IMG/VR virus record: IMGVR_UViG_3300020048_000018
Location: 32,001-96,000 of that record
Origin: a virus
Reading direction: 5' to 3' (one strand)
DNA length: 64,000 nt
Positions within the stretch are counted from its first letter, which is position 1; every line of letters starts with the position of its first letter. The notes beneath the pieces are model-generated. The model made no database searches. It saw nothing but the letters and a program-made list of their open reading frames with translations, and was not told where the DNA came from. Shown one piece after another: positions 42,416-51,606 of the stretch. Both the position numbers and the translations under genes were made by a program.

Positions 42416-43191
42416 CCTTCCAACACGTTTACCTTTGTTATTACCTTTCTATAGATATGACCAAAGAAGTAAATCCTAAAAGAAATTATAACCAAGGAAA
42501 TTAGTAATAATACTCCCTTATAAGACGAGGTAAAGTCTACTACATTTAATAAAAATACAGTTAGACAGTAGATTAAGAATAAAAAGTATTCATGAAATAC
42601 CGCAGTATTATTTTTAGTATATGAAATAGTCCTACTTAGATAAATAAACAATGCAGTAAATGACATACAAAAAAAGCACAAGAATAAGGTTAAAAACGAA
42701 TTTAATTGAGGAAGTGATTTTATTTGTCCCATTCCAAAAATGAGATTAAAAACAGAGTTTTCTAAATAGGTGTTATATATGATATCTCCATTAACACTTA
42801 CTGGTAGAAAGACTAGATAAATCATTAAGGAAATTTCTAAAAATACAATTATATGTTTTTGAAACAGAGTAGTAGTAAAAGTTATATTTCTTATAAGATA
42901 CAAACAATGAAAAAACAAAGCAATAAGATTAAAAACATTAAAAGCAATTTGATTATATCCTACAACCCTAAAACTAAAAATATTTGGAAACAAATAATGA
43001 TTAAAACTTAATAGATAAAAAGCATTTGAAATTATCATACTTGTAAGTGAAATGAGAAGATAATAGGTATTATACTTTGGTACTCCCTTAAAATAAGCTA
43101 CCTTTATAAGTTTTAGTGCTGACCTAATCAGTAAAAGTTCTATAAAAATAAAGCAACTAAAAAATATAGCATTTGTAATATAAGTAATCAT
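42400..43191 (-). CDS. Polytopic (~7 TM) membrane protein
   Basis: Seven hydrophobic segments, long loop after TM4; overlaps next gene by 16 nt. Confidence 0.75.
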   Translation of the reverse strand: MITYITNAIFFSCFIFIELLLIRSALKLIKVAYFKGVPKYNTYYLLISLTSMIISNAFYLLSFNHYLFPNIFSFRVVGYNQIAFNVFNLIALFFHCLYLIRNITFTTTLFQKHIIVFLEISLMIYLVFLPVSVNGDIIYNTYLENSVFNLIFGMGQIKSLPQLNSFLTLFLCFFCMSFTALFIYLSRTISYTKNNTAVFHEYFLFLIYCLTVFLLNVVDFTSSYKGVLLLISLVIISFRIYFFGHIYRKVITKVNVLEGCYLC

Positions 43192-44097
43192 TTATAACCC
43201 CACAATTTGACCCAAATCAGTGGATTTAATATCAGGAATATTTATAGTCATTATTTGAATAAGTTTCTTATTACAATCAGTATTCCTTTCTACTATTTGA
43301 GATTTATTTTCCTCTGACTGTCTCTTAGCATCATCTATACATGCAAGAATTTGCTTAAAGAGTTCATCTTTATTATCCTCAAAAGTTACTCTTGCAATTA
43401 TTAGGTCAACAGGATTTCTATAGTTGTCCATGCTTGCTTCAAAAGCTTTCACACATCTTCTTGCAATGTTGGTACCATATGCTTGAAACTCTTCTTCGTT
43501 TTTTTCAACCAAGTGGTTTCTGCTATATGCCTCATCTAGTTCTTTCATAATTATAGTTTCAAAATCTAAATCAATAAGTTTGCCAAAAAACCAAGAAGAA
43601 TCATCATACCTTATATCAAAGGAAGCATTGTCCTTATTCTTTCTCTCTAATTGTGTTTTATAGGCTTGAGTAAAAGTAAATGATATTGGGTTCAACATTC
43701 TTTTTGTGTTTGCTAACTGAGATTTTAATAATTGATTTTTTATCTCATTTGTCTCAGTGTAATAGTTAATAACCTCATCAATGGATTGGGTCATACAATT
43801 AATTATATTGTTTTTAGTAACCCCTACCATTGAAGATACAAAAGTCTTAGAGGGTTCCTCGGAGACTCCCTTAACGGCTTTTACCTCATCTTCTTTAGGT
43901 TTACGTTTTGTTGAAAACTTAAATAGTCCGTTCCCAAGTTCAATATTACTATCCTCAGAATTGCTAAATATTTTAGATATTAAGGATACACCAACTTTAA
44001 CTATATGCAACACTCCGAAAATACACAGTGCCATTAAAACTATAAGTATTAAGATATTTTGAGGGGTTGTAATGGATTTTATAAACTCTTCTGACAT
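43192..44097 (-). CDS. Bitopic membrane protein with large soluble helical domain
   Basis: Single N-terminal TM (ILILIVLMALCIFGVLHIV), SD AAGGA, stop abuts next ATG. Confidence 0.8.
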   Translation of the reverse strand: MSEEFIKSITTPQNILILIVLMALCIFGVLHIVKVGVSLISKIFSNSEDSNIELGNGLFKFSTKRKPKEDEVKAVKGVSEEPSKTFVSSMVGVTKNNIINCMTQSIDEVINYYTETNEIKNQLLKSQLANTKRMLNPISFTFTQAYKTQLERKNKDNASFDIRYDDSSWFFGKLIDLDFETIIMKELDEAYSRNHLVEKNEEEFQAYGTNIARRCVKAFEASMDNYRNPVDLIIARVTFEDNKDELFKQILACIDDAKRQSEENKSQIVERNTDCNKKLIQIMTINIPDIKSTDLGQIVGL

Positions 44098-44212
44098 AAT
44101 TGAAAGTTCCTTAGCAGATTTTAGGATATTTAATTAGTTGTCTATTTTTTTTAGCTTTCAATCCCCTTAAATACTGAGAAAGGAGTGCCTTAATACCTAA
44201 AAAATAATTGTG

Positions 44213-44253
44213 AAAGTTTTGAACTTTTCTTGAATTCTCTATATATTATATAG
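44213..44253 (+). promoter_or_regulatory. Repeated promoter, copy 11
   Basis: Same motif, divergent from minus-strand operon. Confidence 0.85.
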
Positions 44254-44384
44254 GTAAACAAGGAGGGAAAAGGCAGAAAAGTGAGTAATCCTTAGTACAA
44301 TTGAAAAATACTTGTTAATATAACGTTATTGGCGTTCCATTATATACTTTGGGATGAAAGTTTAATCAGCCTTAGGGAGAGTTT

Positions 44385-44705
44385 ATGAAATCAGAGTATT
44401 TGGGAATGAGAATAACCTCGGCAGTAAGAACTGCCGATGCCCTCCTGAGAAAGGAATCAAAAAACCTTAGAATATTTGCACGAATAAATGAGTCAGAAAT
44501 TATGCCCATTTTTGATATTGATGAATTGGAAGATAGCCTTGTGTCTTCTTCTATTCGCATTTTCGAGAATACCAAGGTAGAAAAATCCGTGTTCTGGCTG
44601 GACAGAATATCCGAAACTTCTGCACAGATTCGGAGCGTAAACTTTAGTAATAATATCGAACTTGGATCTAAAATAGAGTTTGATATAAAACAAGTGGAGG
44701 CTTAA
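44385..44705 (+). CDS. Hypothetical protein
   Basis: SD GGGAG. Confidence 0.65.
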   Translation: MKSEYLGMRITSAVRTADALLRKESKNLRIFARINESEIMPIFDIDELEDSLVSSSIRIFENTKVEKSVFWLDRISETSAQIRSVNFSNNIELGSKIEFDIKQVEA

Positions 44706-45128
44706 ATGAATGCTATCAGTGAAAAAACCCCTAGTAGAACTAAGAATGTATTTTCTCTGGTAGCAAACTACCTTAGTAATACCCATGAATTCTCAAAGAT
44801 TTACAAGAAACCTTTTGGATTTATTTGTGTTACTAAGGATAATAAAACTTGGTTCATTGCGGTTAAAACCAAAATTAATAATTATCCAAACTTTACCTAT
44901 AAGAATGAGTTTAATTATTCCAAGGTTCTTGTTTCCAAAGACCTTGTTATAGATGAGTTTCTTCATATTTTTTCCTCCAACTCTCAGTCTTTTGAGGCTT
45001 ATAGAACAAAGGGGAAAAAAATAAAATATCTTTCTAGATATGGAAAGGAAAATAGAAAGTATCTTTCCATAAATCTTAAAGATATAAAGAAAGTTTCTGA
45101 TTATGTCAGGTATATCGAGGAGTACTAA
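44706..45128 (+). CDS. Hypothetical basic protein, possibly degenerate nuclease fold
   Basis: FICVTKDNKTWFIAVKT loosely resembles PD-(D/E)xK strands but lacks acidic residues. Confidence 0.35.
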   Translation: MNAISEKTPSRTKNVFSLVANYLSNTHEFSKIYKKPFGFICVTKDNKTWFIAVKTKINNYPNFTYKNEFNYSKVLVSKDLVIDEFLHIFSSNSQSFEAYRTKGKKIKYLSRYGKENRKYLSINLKDIKKVSDYVRYIEEY

Positions 45129-45387
45129 ATGGATAAAAACTCTAAGCTCATAAATAAATATGAGAGTATCCTTACACAGCTATCAGAAGCTTTCGATGAT
45201 CCTTTCACATGGAATGTGAAAGCGGCAAAGATATTGGAAGAAGCTTTTAAGAAAAAAGATGAGGAACTAACCTTTTTTAAGGACAAAGTTGTATATTACA
45301 AACAACTTTTCAAGGATCTTAATAAGACCAACTAATTTTTAAAAGTGGTTATAATAGCCTCTTATTACTTACTATGGAGTATAACAA

Positions 45388-45567
45388 ATGAGCGATTTTA
45401 ATGATGATGATTATTTTGATGGAGTGGACCTTGATGAAGAAGATGACCTTCTTGGAGATTATTCTGATGATGATGAAGATGACTTCGATGAAGATGAATC
45501 CCTGTGGGATGACGATGACTTCGAGGATGATTTTGATGAGGAAGACGGATTCTCGTTCGTAGAATAA
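45388..45567 (+). CDS. Hyper-acidic 59-aa peptide (not in ORF track)
   Basis: SD GGAG; MSDFNDDDYFDGVDLDEEDDLLGDYSDDDEDDFDEDESLWDDDDFEDDFDEEDGFSFVE; 34 D/E, no K/R/H. Confidence 0.8.
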   Translation: MSDFNDDDYFDGVDLDEEDDLLGDYSDDDEDDFDEDESLWDDDDFEDDFDEEDGFSFVE

Positions 45568-46401
45568 TGATTAAAAACATTGACTCTGTAGGTCTGGTAG
45601 ATTTTGTAATGGAATCTGCCACCTGCAACTTACCTAGGATTTGTTCTCAAGCTACAATAACTGATATGCAACTCAATCCAAAATCCCATAAAAACTTAAA
45701 GTTTGAGGGATACACAATCAAAGTATCTGTGGAGTTTATTAAGAATGGCTAAAAAAATTATGAAGGTTACAATATCCTTTTGTGGAGAATGTTGCTATTG
45801 TGAAGCAGGGGAAAAAATGGACAATGGTAAGACTCAAGTATTTTGTGAGTTTGGAAATAAACACCAAATAATTCTGGAATCAAAAGACCTTCAACCAATC
45901 TGGGATAGAATTGTCCTTGGAGACAAATGCCCTTTGGATAATGTGTGAAACACACTAAAAGTTTTTGTTAATATTAATAGTATCAAAACATTAGGAGAAT
46001 AGTATGAGACGGACAATTACAATAGTTTCAGATTTGGTTCCAACAGCAAATGATTTTACTTATTTTAGATCAAATGGTTTCTCTATGGAAAAGTATGGTG
46101 AGGAAGGTAAGGAAGGTGTTGAAGTAGTTGGAATTCCTGAGGACTTCGACCAGTTTGAGTTCATGGAGAAAGATAAGTTTTCAAAAAATATCCTTAGCAA
46201 TTTCATTTCAGACATTTTCTCAAAATATGTAAATTACGATTATGCTTGATAGAGAAGATGGAGTGTATTTCAGAAACACCCTGAAATAAAGACGTAAAGG
46301 AAAAATATGATTGAGATTGGTACCAACCTTCAGCAAATAATTCTTGGAGCACTGGCAATAGTTGCTATTGCTATAGTACTTATAAACCTCATCAAGCGTA
46401 T

Positions 46402-46809
46402 ATGAAGAGTTCTTATGATGTTTGGATGTCTACATACAAAGGTGAAATTTACCGAAAGTGTGTAGAAGTAACCAATGAAATGAAAAAGGTCTTTCCAGAA
46501 CTCATCATTGTGAAAGGTCTTGCTCAGATCATGGAAAATGAAGAATGGTATCCACATCAGTGGTTAATTGATCCTGTTACCAAAGAAATAATAGACCCAA
46601 CAGAACGTCAATGGAAGGGAATCCTTGAGTATAAGGAACTTCCTAAGACTATGACAAAGCTAGAAAAATGTCCTAACTGTGGGCATTGGATTCTAAATGA
46701 AGACTTTGAGGGTCTCTGTTCTGAAAAATGTGAGAAAGAATACCTTGAATATCTGAATGCATGTGTTGTCACAAACTATGACGACGATGATTGCCCAGAG
46801 GATTATTAG
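46402..46809 (+). CDS. Hypothetical protein, possible transglutaminase-like core plus Zn ribbon
   Basis: KC...YPHQW...IIDPT; CPNC...CSEKC. Confidence 0.4.
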   Translation: MKSSYDVWMSTYKGEIYRKCVEVTNEMKKVFPELIIVKGLAQIMENEEWYPHQWLIDPVTKEIIDPTERQWKGILEYKELPKTMTKLEKCPNCGHWILNEDFEGLCSEKCEKEYLEYLNACVVTNYDDDDCPEDY

Positions 46810-47312
46810 ACTAAATCCAACGGAAGAGATATGTGACTTGATGATTCCAAAAAAAAAATTAAAAACCATTGGAGGTTTTATATATGAAGATAACCTTGCC
46901 TTTTGAAGGTTCCAAAGAAGAAATTGAATTAATTTCTAAAAAATATAATGTAGAGTTCGAGAGCCTTAGTAACGTTAAGCTATCAATCGTTTCTTCTCCT
47001 CTCTATATTGTAGAAGGTACTAGCAAAGAACTGTTAGTTTTTATTAACAAGTTTATGGAATCAATAGGTTGCTCAGGCAGTATTGATAGTTTTCTCAAAG
47101 TCTCAAATGACAAAATCTTTGTCTATTGGGAACGACTCGGTGAAACTTTTAAGTTGGAATATTATTTAAGTGCTGTGGAAGCAGAGCTTAATCAGAAAGC
47201 TATCGATGCTAAAACTACCGATAAAGCTAAGACTGAGGATGATATTGAAAATATTAAAAATAGAGTTGACACCAGACAGAAACTTAAAATGGATATTTCT
47301 AAGATTCTGTAG

Positions 47313-47341
47313 TTGACCCTTTTCTAATTTTCCTGTACATT
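47313..47341 (+). promoter_or_regulatory. sigma70-like promoter for tRNA-Cys
   Basis: TTGACC-N17-TACATT, ~33 nt upstream of tRNA. Confidence 0.6.
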
Positions 47342-47374
47342 AATAAGTGTAGGATGAAAGTCCTACCGTACATA

Positions 47375-47446
47375 GTCCCGTTCGCCAAATGGTTAAGGCG
47401 GTGTTCTGCAAAAGCACTATCGTGAGTTCAATTCTCACACGGGACT
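47375..47446 (+). tRNA. trnC: tRNA-Cys(GCA), CCA not encoded
   Basis: GTCCCGT/ACGGGAC acceptor, GCC/GGC D-stem with TGGTTAA loop, GTGTT-CTGCAAA-AGCAC, GTGAG-TTCAATT-CTCAC, U73. Confidence 0.95.
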
Positions 47447-47452
47447 CTTTAG

Positions 47453-47482
47453 AACCTTGAAACTTTTGTTTCAGGGTTTTTT
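47453..47482 (+). terminator. Rho-independent terminator after tRNA
   Basis: AACCTTGAAAC-TTTT-GTTTCAGGGTT plus T run. Confidence 0.8.
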
Positions 47483-47496
47483 GTTAATATAGTTTA

Positions 47497-47991
47497 ATGA
47501 ACTATAAACCCTTTGATAAAAAAGAATATGAAAGAAATGATGAACGAGCTAAAAAAGCAGGACAGATTTTTCTGAGACAAAAAGGCTGTATGCCTGTACG
47601 TGAAACACAAGAGTTCTATAAACTTAAAGATTTTTCAGTTATCTATAAAGGAGAAGATATCCCCGTAGAAGTTGAAATTAAAAATATGTGGAAGTCTTCT
47701 TTCAAATGGCTAGGATATTCAACCGTCAGTATTCCTACTCGAAAAAACCAAAGTAAATCTACCCTCTACCTACTCTTTAATGATAGAATGGATACCCTTC
47801 TGTATTGTCCTACAAGTGAGGTCTTATCCTCTACAATCATAAAAAAGAATACAAGCAAGGGTACTGTTTTAGAACCCTTCTTCGATAGCCCTCTATCAAA
47901 ATGGAGAATGGAAGCCCTGATAAATGGGGTTTGGAGCGAAGTAACCAATTTTGGAGGAGTAAGCCTTCAGGAGATATTAATAGGAAAATGA
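47497..47991 (+). CDS. PD-(D/E)xK restriction-endonuclease-like protein
   Basis: DFSVIY...VEVEIKNMW, VSIPTRK. Confidence 0.65.
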   Translation: MNYKPFDKKEYERNDERAKKAGQIFLRQKGCMPVRETQEFYKLKDFSVIYKGEDIPVEVEIKNMWKSSFKWLGYSTVSIPTRKNQSKSTLYLLFNDRMDTLLYCPTSEVLSSTIIKKNTSKGTVLEPFFDSPLSKWRMEALINGVWSEVTNFGGVSLQEILIGK

Positions 47992-48006
47992 AGGTGAATT
48001 CGGTAA

Positions 48007-48057
48007 AAAGTTTTGAACTTTTTGAAAATATTCTATATATTATATATATATATATAG
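48007..48057 (+). promoter_or_regulatory. Repeated promoter, copy 12, with (TA)8 expansion
   Basis: Same motif; TA run at 48041-48056. Confidence 0.85.
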
Positions 48058-48077
48058 AAGGTTCATAAGGAGTTCAT

Positions 48078-48191
48078 ATGATTCAATTTTCAGTTTTTCA
48101 AGTTATCGTTATTGTTGCCGTGTGGTCAGTTATAAGCGATTTGATTGCATTTTTTGTTATCAAACGGTTCTTCAATGTGACCCGAAAATAA
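48078..48191 (+). CDS. 37-aa single-TM peptide (not in ORF track)
   Basis: SD AAGGAG; MIQFSVFQVIVIVAVWSVISDLIAFFVIKRFFNVTRK. Confidence 0.7.
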   Translation: MIQFSVFQVIVIVAVWSVISDLIAFFVIKRFFNVTRK

Positions 48192-48208
48192 CTTTTATTT
48201 CGTTGGTT

Positions 48209-48240
48209 AAACCCTGAAAACAAGCTTTTCAGGGTTTTTT
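48209..48240 (+). terminator. Rho-independent terminator
   Basis: AAACCCTGAAAA-CAAGC-TTTTCAGGGTTT plus T run. Confidence 0.85.
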
Positions 48241-48267
48241 ATTTTAAAATCGTTCAGAATTCGGTAA

Positions 48268-48313
48268 AAAGATTTGAACTTTTTCTTAAACTCCTATATA
48301 TTATATAAGTAAG
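48268..48313 (+). promoter_or_regulatory. Repeated promoter, copy 13
   Basis: Same motif, one substitution in the left palindrome arm (AAAGAT). Confidence 0.85.
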
Positions 48314-48333
48314 GTAACAAAGGAGTATATGGT

Positions 48334-49287
48334 ATGAAAGAGATGTTTGACAGTAAGGGCGTTCCAATGATTGAAAACTATCTTGAAGCGAGAGAGATTG
48401 CTTTGAGATTCCTAAATATTAAGTATACTCTCAAAGAATATGTTAGATTACATGATTTCGGAGTATTTGATGGACTTGGGATGCCTCCTGACCCTGTTGA
48501 GTTTTATCAAATTAAATGGTTCACCTTTATCGGGAAAATCCCTATTATAAAAGACTTTATGGAAGCAAGAAAACTTGCCATACCTCTCCTTAATGAAATT
48601 CTCACTCGACCAGAATATGAAAGATTATTTGAACTCGGTGTTTTTTATGGCACCGGGCTTCCTCAAAGTCCTGTAGATACTTATCATATGTCTTGGGATA
48701 AGTTTATCGGAAACCCCCCTCGAATACCCATGATTCAAGATTACCTTGAAGCAAGAGCAATTGCTTTGGTATATCTTAAAGATAAACCAACTCATACGGA
48801 ATATAGTCGTTTACATGCCCTTAAAGTATTTAAGGGAATGGGAATGCCCTCTAATCCAGCAGACTATTATCATTTGGAAGATTGGTATGCTTTTATTGGA
48901 ATAGTAAAAACTCCGATAATTAAGAGTTATCTTAAGGCAAGGAAAGTTGCTTTAAAAGCCCTTAAAGGAGATATCTCTAAATCCGAATACAGAAGATTAT
49001 ATGTTCTGGGTGTACTGGAAGATTTGGGGCTTCCAAGAGACCCTGTTAATTATTATAATCTGGATACTTGGGGGGATTTTACCGGCGTTAAAAAAGTCCC
49101 TATAATAAAAGACCCCTCGGAAGCAAGGACGGTGGCTTTAGCTCTTATGGGAGACAACATTAATCCTAAGGAATATAAGAGATTAAATGACATTGGCTCA
49201 CTGAAAGAAGTAGGTCTACCATATAATTTAGTCCAACAATACAATATGTCTTTTTATATTTTCATGGGAACCCAGAAAGCTATTTGA
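48334..49287 (+). CDS. Five-repeat protein resembling phage integrase repeat units (PF14882-like)
   Basis: 5 x ~60 aa: P(M/I)I..YLEAR.IAL...EY.RL...G(L/M)P..P..YY...W..F.G. Confidence 0.7.
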   Translation: MKEMFDSKGVPMIENYLEAREIALRFLNIKYTLKEYVRLHDFGVFDGLGMPPDPVEFYQIKWFTFIGKIPIIKDFMEARKLAIPLLNEILTRPEYERLFELGVFYGTGLPQSPVDTYHMSWDKFIGNPPRIPMIQDYLEARAIALVYLKDKPTHTEYSRLHALKVFKGMGMPSNPADYYHLEDWYAFIGIVKTPIIKSYLKARKVALKALKGDISKSEYRRLYVLGVLEDLGLPRDPVNYYNLDTWGDFTGVKKVPIIKDPSEARTVALALMGDNINPKEYKRLNDIGSLKEVGLPYNLVQQYNMSFYIFMGTQKAI

Positions 49288-49317
49288 TAAAAACTTCACA
49301 AGGAAAAGGGAATAATA

Positions 49318-49692
49318 ATGAGAGAAGAACTTCAGAAAATTGAAAATGTACGTGAAACCTTTTCTGCAACTTTTGTACGTTATGGTCTAATCCAAAACTT
49401 CTATTGTCCTCAAGAGTCTATTGTCCTGAAAAACATTAAGAACACTAAAACTGATGAAGTGGTTGTTGCAGAAGAATACACCTTTAGACTTTCAAAGGGT
49501 TTTGCCCAACTAAGCGGAGTTCTTAAGGAAAATGACACAATTCAATTTGATGCCAGAGTTTCCGAGTGCGAAGTTATTTCTGGAAGGGAAGATTGTGGAT
49601 ATGTTCCAAAGATTCAAAATGAATACAGTCTCGTTAAGTCCAGTAAAAAGGATTACCGATTCTCCCATCCCAACAAAATAAGTAAACTGTGA
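49318..49692 (+). CDS. Hypothetical phage protein, likely OB-fold
   Basis: RETFSATFVRYG...SKGF...DTIQFDARV. Confidence 0.6.
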   Translation: MREELQKIENVRETFSATFVRYGLIQNFYCPQESIVLKNIKNTKTDEVVVAEEYTFRLSKGFAQLSGVLKENDTIQFDARVSECEVISGREDCGYVPKIQNEYSLVKSSKKDYRFSHPNKISKL

Positions 49693-49788
49693 AATATTTT
49701 TAAGAATAAAGAACTAAAACTTCTTCTACTAATTACTTAAAGTTATTATCTTAGAATCATTTCTAGATAAACAAAAAAGGAAACAAAT

Positions 49789-50778
49789 ATGGACGATAAT
49801 GAAGACCTGAACGTTAATGATGAAATGGACAATACCTCTGAACCTATGGGTAATGATGGAATTGATAATACAGACGACATTTCTCTTTCAGAAGAAATGA
49901 AACTTGAATTGGGGAAAATGCTTACCTCCAATTACTTTATAAAAGAAGGTGATAGTGAATATCACTATGACTCAGAACCTGACTACCGTGACAATCTTGA
50001 TCAGAAAGACATAAAAAAAATATTATCAGATGAAGACCCAAGGATGGCTTTTTACTCACTCTTTGATGAAGCTGACATGTATGCTATGGATGGTGCTCGT
50101 GATTTTGCAAAAGAGTGTATAGAAAGAGAATGGGAAGATACTTTTGATGAAGATACCCAAGGAACTTTCGAAGAACTTGAACAAGAAGTATTAGATTGGA
50201 TTTCTGAAAATGTTTTTGGTAGTTATGACACTTCTTCCTTACTGGACACGGAGGTTCGTTGTGACCTTATCATAGATACAGGGGATGCAAACCTTGATTA
50301 CTCACTCGGATATGAAAGTTTGGATACTGACGAAAATGGCGATCCTGTTCTTCCAGATGAATCACCTTTTATCTGGTTGGCAGAAACACAGGGATATACT
50401 CGTGAACAAATTACAAAAGCAATTACGGGAGATTTTGAGGGAAGCAAATTCCTAAAATCCGTATATGTAGAAGTAATAAACTGTACTACCAGTATGAACG
50501 CCCTTGGTTTCTTTGGAACATGTTCACTTAAAACTCTTATTGAGATGAAAGAAAACAAGGAAGATAAAAAGAGTATTCCAATAAAAGTTGGAACTCCCTG
50601 TGGTCTTTATGACGCATGGAATGGTGCTGGTGGAACACTTGAAATAGAACTTGAAAAAGACTTGGTTGTCCCTGCTGAGTTTATCGGAAGTTTTAGTATT
50701 GATGGTTCAAGAGGTTACTCCATTGATGAAATCTATGGAATGACTGGAAAGTTCTGGGACACTACATTCAGTGTATAA
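49789..50778 (+). CDS. Acidic hypothetical protein
   Basis: 329 aa, D/E-rich, SD AAGGA. Confidence 0.75.
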   Translation: MDDNEDLNVNDEMDNTSEPMGNDGIDNTDDISLSEEMKLELGKMLTSNYFIKEGDSEYHYDSEPDYRDNLDQKDIKKILSDEDPRMAFYSLFDEADMYAMDGARDFAKECIEREWEDTFDEDTQGTFEELEQEVLDWISENVFGSYDTSSLLDTEVRCDLIIDTGDANLDYSLGYESLDTDENGDPVLPDESPFIWLAETQGYTREQITKAITGDFEGSKFLKSVYVEVINCTTSMNALGFFGTCSLKTLIEMKENKEDKKSIPIKVGTPCGLYDAWNGAGGTLEIELEKDLVVPAEFIGSFSIDGSRGYSIDEIYGMTGKFWDTTFSV

Positions 50779-50796
50779 TTTAACGCATTAATTTGA

Positions 50797-50830
50797 GAGC
50801 CTGTTACATTAATTTGTGACAGGCTTTTTT
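50797..50830 (+). terminator. Rho-independent terminator
   Basis: GAGCCTGTTACA-TTAATT-TGTGACAGGCTT plus T run. Confidence 0.8.
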
Positions 50831-50835
50831 TATAT

Positions 50836-50881
50836 AAAGTTTTGAACTTTTCTTGAATATCCTATATATTATATATGTAAG
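50836..50881 (+). promoter_or_regulatory. Repeated promoter, copy 14
   Basis: Same motif, just after terminator. Confidence 0.85.
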
Positions 50882-51606
50882 GTATATAGGGGGCAAAAAT
50901 GAAAGTTACACTGATTAACATCAATAATGCACTAAAAAAGGAATTCCCTAGACATAAACTGACAATGTACAAAAGTTTCGGATGGGGCTATTTTTACTTT
51001 CTCTCTGATGCCGAACTTAAATCCCCTGATTATGTAGATGATATAGAAAATTTATACTGTTATTCTATTATACAGATTCCCTCGATTGATTTCGTACTTG
51101 ATCATGTCAGGCACTATTTGCCTAAAGAAGAAAAAGAAGGGAGCAAAAATGAAGACTAAAGCAACGAAAGAACAGATCGCCAAAGTACTGGAAGGGGTTA
51201 AGAAGGAAAGAAATATTCTCCCTGAGTATTCCATGTTTGGTGACAATAACTGGGAGGGAATGGATAAAAGGATTCGCCTCCTTGAACGAGGTCTTGAAGG
51301 TATTTACCCTACGGTAGACATCGACAATGATGACACATACTACTGTGCTGAGTGGATGAATGATATCAACTCCTCAGAATTCGGAGATGATTATTCTTAA
51401 TATGAAGGAGAAATATGGAATGTGAGAATGTGAATCACCTATCAATTGGTGAATCAATGGTGTTTGTGGCAGAAGCCAAAAAGGACACTATACATGTTAT
51501 AACCTTTGTTGTAACAAGAGTTATAACAGGTTGGCTTTACACTTGTTCAACTTTGGGTACAGTAACTTTTGTACCTGAAAGAATCATATAATAAGAGGAG
51601 ATACAC

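Noticed and set aside
43781-44062. Plus-strand 93-aa ORF inside the minus-strand operon
   Set aside because: Antisense shadow of the 301-aa gene
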